A stretch of 64,000 nt of DNA from Hyaloraphidium curvatum SAG 235-1 (lineage: Eukaryota; Fungi; Monoblepharomycota). A program made the position numbers and the translations under genes. Each line of letters starts with the position of its first letter. The stretch's first letter is position 1. The DNA lies in NCBI GenBank assembly GCA_025558095.1, contig JAIVFI010000007.1, positions 558,001 through 622,000 on the forward strand, written 5' to 3'. Below are positions 59,290 through 64,000 of this stretch, in pieces. The notes beneath the pieces are model-generated. The model did no database searches. It was given only the letters and a program-made list of their open reading frames with translations, and was not told the DNA's origin.

Positions 59290-60040
59290 CTACCAGCAGA
59301 CGATCTCCTTCTTCACCGGCCGCGACAAGGGCGGCAAGTCCTCGAGCATCTCCTTGAGCTCAGTTTCGAGAACAAAAGGTGCTCGCTCGAGGAACGACGC
59401 GGGCACAATCAGGTTGTCTGGGACGCGAGATCGGGGTCAGGCGAGATTCGAGGTCACGTGGGCGTCGCAGGGAACCCACAGTGTCGGATTCGGAGATTGA
59501 GAGCTGACGAGCCACGTAACAAACGCAGTAAGAAAAGGATAGCACGTTCGAACGGGTCGGAAAGTCACCTTCGGCTCGGCGGTCGAGGTCCTGCCTCCAC
59601 GGTCCCTCCAGGACGTCTGGGTACCGCTTCCTTTTGATCCACTCCTTCCGCATCCACGTTTTGAGTTCCAACGCGTCCTTCTCAATCGCCTGCCCCGACT
59701 GTATCCATTCGGGCGACACCCCGTTCCGTATCATGATCCGATTCAGGATCGCCTCGTGCGAGTCGACGAAGGGCGACGAAGGCAGGTCGATCGGCCTGCC
59801 GTGCCCCTCGAGCTCGTCGAACGCGCCCTGGCGCTGCGCGGTGCGGATCCTCATTTCCGCCATCGCGGCCAGCCCCGTGCTGGGCCCGACCGAGGCCATG
59901 GCCGGGTCCCACAGATGCGCGGGCGACGCGCGGGGCTGCGCCAGGATGCGCGCGACGTGGAGCTCCGCCTCGGTGGGCGGCGGCGCGGGAGGCGCGGGAG
60001 GTGGGGCGCGGCGCAAGAGGCGCAGGAGGCGCGTGGCCAT
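59290..60040 (-). CDS. DUF1992 (DNAJC28-like conserved domain) protein with mitochondrial-type presequence
   Basis: MATRLLRLLRR presequence; AEMRIRTAQRQGAFDELEGHGRPI...NRIMIRNGVSPEWI; later exon YNLIVP; two introns. Confidence 0.75.
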
Positions 60041-60185
60041 GGCGAAGCGGGGGGACGAGATAAGTGGGAGACGGATCTTTCGCGCCGCGCCGCGGCCTGG
60101 GACTCCGGCCCCCTGCATGGACCTCGATCGGATCGAACAAAAAGGAAAGCTTGGAGCAGATGTAGTGCTACGTGCGCAATGTCAA

Positions 60186-61145
60186 TCATGTGTACACCTT
60201 TTCCACGGAGCGCACTGGCCCTCGGCAGACGGGGCAGCTCCGAAGGCGCGCGTCCGCGGAGCAGGCTCCACAAAGCACCACGTGGTTGCAGGGCCGGATG
60301 AGGGTGTCCCGGGGCATATCCATGCATATCAGGCACGTTAGATCCGAGGAGTCCGGTGGCACCGGGACTTGTGTTGGGCTCGGAGACGCCTTCGATCTCG
60401 ACGGATCGATGTAGTAACCAAGAACGGTTGCTGCGACGACGACGGGCCCAAGCAACACAACCGCAACCACTGCAGAGAACTGAAAGAAGATGTCCTGCAG
60501 AGTTCCAACGACGGCCATGGCAGCCAGCAGGGCAATGCCAGACCGCATGAGCCTCCTGGCGGCCACGTCCTGGGCCAGTTCGCGGGCCTCCTCATCCAAC
60601 CTCAGCCGCGACCGTTCCCGTTCTTCCCATCTAGTCTTGGCCAGCAACGCCCGGAGCTCGGTGGCAGCCGCTTGCACGGCGTCGAGGCGGCGCAGTTCCG
60701 CCTCGGCGCGGTCGAGGTTCGCCTGTGCCGCGGCCACCTTGCGTTCCCACTCCTGCACGTCGGCCTGCGCTTGGACCAACTTTGCTGTTTTGGTGTCGAG
60801 CTTCGCGGCCTTGTCGCCCTTGACGGTGGCCACGAGGGAGGCGAAGCTCGCCCGCTGGAGGTCGTGCACCTTGTCCTGCCTCCGCGCGAGCCAATCAACC
60901 GCGGCCCGGTGCCCAATCTGGGCACTCGCAAGGCCCTCTGCAAGCCCGGCGGCGATGCGGCGCTGTTCGGGCAGCCGGTCGAGGTCACCGCGCAGCGCCG
61001 CCAGCCGCGCCTCGAGCGCTGCGGCGGAGCCGGGATCCGCCCCCGACGGCCGCCCGCCCGCCGGGTTCCCCATTGACGGATCATCTGTCGCAAGCGGCGT
61101 GTACGGCGGCGGCTCTTCCTCGTACGGCGGCGCTGCCTCGTCCAT
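60186..61145 (-). CDS. membrane-anchored C3HC4 RING E3 ligase-like protein
   Basis: PPxY-like motifs, coiled coil, two TM segments, C-terminal CLICMD...PCNHVVLCGAC...CPVCR. Confidence 0.85.
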   Translation of the reverse strand: MDEAAPPYEEEPPPYTPLATDDPSMGNPAGGRPSGADPGSAAALEARLAALRGDLDRLPEQRRIAAGLAEGLASAQIGHRAAVDWLARRQDKVHDLQRASFASLVATVKGDKAAKLDTKTAKLVQAQADVQEWERKVAAAQANLDRAEAELRRLDAVQAAATELRALLAKTRWEERERSRLRLDEEARELAQDVAARRLMRSGIALLAAMAVVGTLQDIFFQFSAVVAVVLLGPVVVAATVLGYYIDPSRSKASPSPTQVPVPPDSSDLTCLICMDMPRDTLIRPCNHVVLCGACSADARLRSCPVCRGPVRSVEKVYT

Positions 61146-61439
61146 GACGGAGTTGCGGGCAAGGACCCTTTCCACGCGTCCCAAAACGCTGACGTCCTCG
61201 CGAGTCCCACACCCTAACGCTAGAGTGCGACGATGCGAAACATGCCATGTGCGAGGAAAGGCACGCTCGTTGCATGGCTGTGCAAATATACCTGCGTAAT
61301 GCTACGGCGCAGGAACGGAACACGCACCCGTTGCTGCGACTACGAGCACGCTTCTGTATCCCAGCACATCGCTATCCGAAATCCGCATTCGGAACGCCGA
61401 TCACGTTTACGGTCGAGCACTTTGGTTGGTATCTAGTGT

Positions 61440-62825
61440 ACTCAATCACGACACAGTCATAAATCACCTCGCAGCTCCAACTCGTCTATCAAACAATCCT
61501 CTAGTCCATCCAACGCGCAGCAATCCACATCATGCAGCTCCTCAGTGGAGGGCGACGGGCAGGGCTTCGAGCGCAAGCCTCATCTCGACCACCTCGGCCA
61601 GCCAGGGGACAATGTCCCTGGCCAGCGCGTGCCTGAGCACGCGCACGGCGAAGCAGTCCGTGCCCGCCTTGCGGCCCACGTCCGTGAAGAAAGGCGACAT
61701 GGCCGTCGCAACCGCGGCGAGGAAGCGGCGCACCTGCTCCTCGACGTCGCGCGGCCAGGCGAACGGGAAGTGGCGGGCGCATGAGCGCAAAGCCGAGTCC
61801 GAGAGGCCATTCCACGCATTGACAAAGTCCTTGCGGTGGGCCAGGTACCGTTCGAGCGCCGGCTTGAGCACGGCGAGGCCTTTTGTCAGGCTCTCGACGA
61901 CGTCGTCGAAGGCAAAGACCTTGGGCGGCGGCCTGCACGCCCGCAGCGCATCCAGCAGCGCCAAAGCCGGCTCGGCGACGCGGCGCTTGCCGATGAGCGT
62001 GAGGGGAAACGTCCACGTGCGCACCCGCTTGAGCTGCCCGAGCTGGTGCTCGTTGAGGGCGCCGGCCATTGCTGCCCACAGCTCGTCGCGCACGGTGCTC
62101 TTCGCCGCTTGGTCGGTGCGCCTCTGCGAGTCGACCTCGCCGTCGCGGCGGAAAAAGTCGGGCACGGCGATGGGCGTCGGCGGCTCGGCATTGGTCTTGG
62201 AGTGCCCGCCGACGGTGCCGCTGCGCTCGACGTGCGGGGCGACGCAGGCCGCGCGGCGGGCGTGCGGGCCCATCGTGAGGTACTTGTCGGCAGTCATGGC
62301 GCGGGTGCCCGGCATCGTGATGAGTGATGAGTGATGAGCGGGGAGGGCTGCGGGGAGGGAGCTGTCAGGTCCGGGCGTGAGGAAGGAGAAGCCGACGGAG
62401 CGCTGACCTGTCCTCCGCTGTGCAGGTGGCTATGCGATGAAGCGTTGCCGCGCTTCGAGGCGGCCACGATGCAGTGATGAGAGGTGGCGATGGAGTTCTG
62501 CGCTGGGCCCTGATTTGCGCTTTCTCGCCCCGCGCCAGCCATCCACCTTGCGGAGATTCCTTGCCTAGTAACTCTTCCGTGAGGCCGATTCTGGGACTTC
62601 CGAGCCATGGAACTTGAAGATGAATATAGTGATCATCGACAACGGGCGCTAAGGGGCGTCCACGAGGCGTCATGGGGCCTGGAGATGGAAACTTCGGTCC
62701 TCAATTGTGGGTCAGGTCCATTGAAGCTCTTCCACGAACTAGCCAGGATACATCCAGGCAGAATCCGTCCCAGAACGTTCTAAACAAGTGGATGCCGTCT
62801 TCCAGCTGTCCGTGGAGCTCCGTCG
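61440..62825 (-). repeat. right arm of ~1.35 kb inverted repeat
   Basis: Reverse complement of 53121-54460. Confidence 0.93.
61542..62315 (-). CDS. orphan 257-aa protein, copy B
   Basis: Ten amino-acid differences from copy A, no indels or stops. Confidence 0.7.
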   Translation of the reverse strand: MPGTRAMTADKYLTMGPHARRAACVAPHVERSGTVGGHSKTNAEPPTPIAVPDFFRRDGEVDSQRRTDQAAKSTVRDELWAAMAGALNEHQLGQLKRVRTWTFPLTLIGKRRVAEPALALLDALRACRPPPKVFAFDDVVESLTKGLAVLKPALERYLAHRKDFVNAWNGLSDSALRSCARHFPFAWPRDVEEQVRRFLAAVATAMSPFFTDVGRKAGTDCFAVRVLRHALARDIVPWLAEVVEMRLALEALPVALH

Positions 62826-63256
62826 ACGGAGCCCCGTAACGTATTCCAGTTCAAGCACGAGTGGACTTACCCGCGTCCAGCCCACGAGGGCGTATTTCTT
62901 CTTTCCAATCGGCTACAGAGAGACGATCAAAAATGGATTCTAGTTCATTTGATTGGCTTTATCTCCAGATTCCATCAGCAGGCAAGGTGCTCGACGCGTT
63001 CCGCAGACCATTCGAAAAACGACCCGCAATGACACTCTTGACGTGATTCCGGGCCCTCCAACAGCAGCTCCATTCAGAAAGCATGCTGTAGCGTGGTGGA
63101 GCGAGATCCGCTTCACCCTGACGTTCATTGGACGTCTTCGTGCGACGAAATCGGTGATGTTTGGGACGCGAGATTCAATCAACCACGCGTCGACGTCTCC
63201 CAACGGGCCGACGTGTCGTTTGAAGAACAGAAGCAGAGCAGCGAGCGAACCGTGCG

Positions 63257-64000
63257 ATGCTCACCTACATTGTTACGGGCGCCAATCAGGGCATCGGGCT
63301 TGCCTGCGTCCGACAGCTCGCCCTCCGGGCCGAACAGCCGTCCACAATCTACCTGACGGCCCGGAATGCGGACAAGGGACTCAAAGCCCTAGCGGATCTC
63401 AAAGGGGAGCTCGCTGGGAAGAAAGTCCTTGCCGCGGAAGGCGGGAAAGCGGACATTGTGTTCCACCAGCTCGACGTCACTGACTCCAGCTCCGTCGACA
63501 AGCTGACAAAGGACGTCGGCCCGTCGGGAGTCGACGTTATCCTCAACAACACCGGCATCGCATGGAAAGGAGATGCCTTTGACGAGGAGGTCGCGAAAGG
63601 CACGCTGGCGACGAACTTCTGGGGCACGCTCGCCGTCACGCGGTCAATTTTGCCCTTCCTGAGGCAGAACGGGCGCGTCGTGAACGTTTCCAGCACCGCC
63701 GGACGGTTGCAATCGCTTTCGAAGAAGTTGCAGGAACGCTTCAGGGACCCGTCGCTGTCACTTGAGGATCTGGGCCGCCTGATGGACAAGTTCGTAAAGG
63801 ACGTCGCAGAGAACTGCTACGCTGCCGAGGGCTGGCCGCGGACAGGTGGGCTGCGGCATTTCAGGGTGAATCTACGTGGGTTTTTCGTAACGCGTTCTCG
63901 TTCCTTTTCCATTTCGTGCTCATGTGGGCTCAGCCTACGGGGTGTCAAAGGTTGGCGTCACAGCTATGACCAAAGTTCTGGCAAGGGAGATGGACAAGGA
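63257..64000 (+). CDS. carbonyl reductase-like short-chain dehydrogenase (runs off window end; absent from ORF track)
   Basis: IVTGANQGIG, HQLDVTD, LNNTGI, VVNVSS; intron 63846-63933 then AYGVSK (YxxxK). Confidence 0.9.
   Translation, partial: MLTYIVTGANQGIGLACVRQLALRAEQPSTIYLTARNADKGLKALADLKGELAGKKVLAAEGGKADIVFHQLDVTDSSSVDKLTKDVGPSGVDVILNNTGIAWKGDAFDEEVAKGTLATNFWGTLAVTRSILPFLRQNGRVVNVSSTAGRLQSLSKKLQERFRDPSLSLEDLGRLMDKFVKDVAENCYAAEGWPRTGGLRHFRVNLRGFFVTRSRSFSISCSCGLSLRGVKGWRHSYDQSSGKGDGQG

Noticed and set aside
53121-62825. Calling the inverted-repeat unit a classical DNA transposon
   Set aside because: No transposase motif, no target-site duplication, and the internal genes look like host genes
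62830-63250. Short ORFs between the right repeat arm and the SDR gene
   Set aside because: No codon bias, motif or consistent splice model; treated as intergenic
1-64000. Selenoprotein (UGA recoding) or alternative genetic code
   Set aside because: No conserved domain with an in-frame TGA at a Cys position was found; frame breaks are explained by short introns

Overview
GC-rich, gene-dense eukaryotic DNA with very short (~40-90 nt) GT-AG spliceosomal introns and CTGAC/CTAAC branch points. It is most consistent with an early-diverging (chytrid/monoblepharid-like) fungus, which is an inference. About 30 protein-coding loci are supported. Housekeeping genes: G-patch/DUF4187, RAD2/XPG, SPC12, MAP1, RFC3, CSA/ERCC8-like WD40, PdxH, CNBP/Gis2-like zinc knuckle, CSC1/OSCA channel, Kha1-like antiporter and PhoD-like phosphatase. 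Several enzymes look bacterial: two paralogous SAM methyltransferases, an mmsA/iolA-type dehydrogenase, an alpha/beta hydrolase and an SGNH hydrolase. There are also two probable pseudogenes. The three most notable items are (i) a ~1.35 kb inverted repeat pair (53121-54460 / 61440-62825), each arm carrying an orphan 257-aa ORF and together bracketing a ~7 kb five-gene cassette, with a palindrome at one homology breakpoint; (ii) an orphan 7-TM protein whose topology and C-terminal motif resemble insect Gr/Or-like (7TMIC/DUF3537) ion channels; and (iii) a Tubby-domain protein fused to an Sld2/RECQL4-N-like helical module. No rRNA, tRNA, CRISPR array or transposase was recognised. Exon boundaries were read by eye and are approximate where stated.
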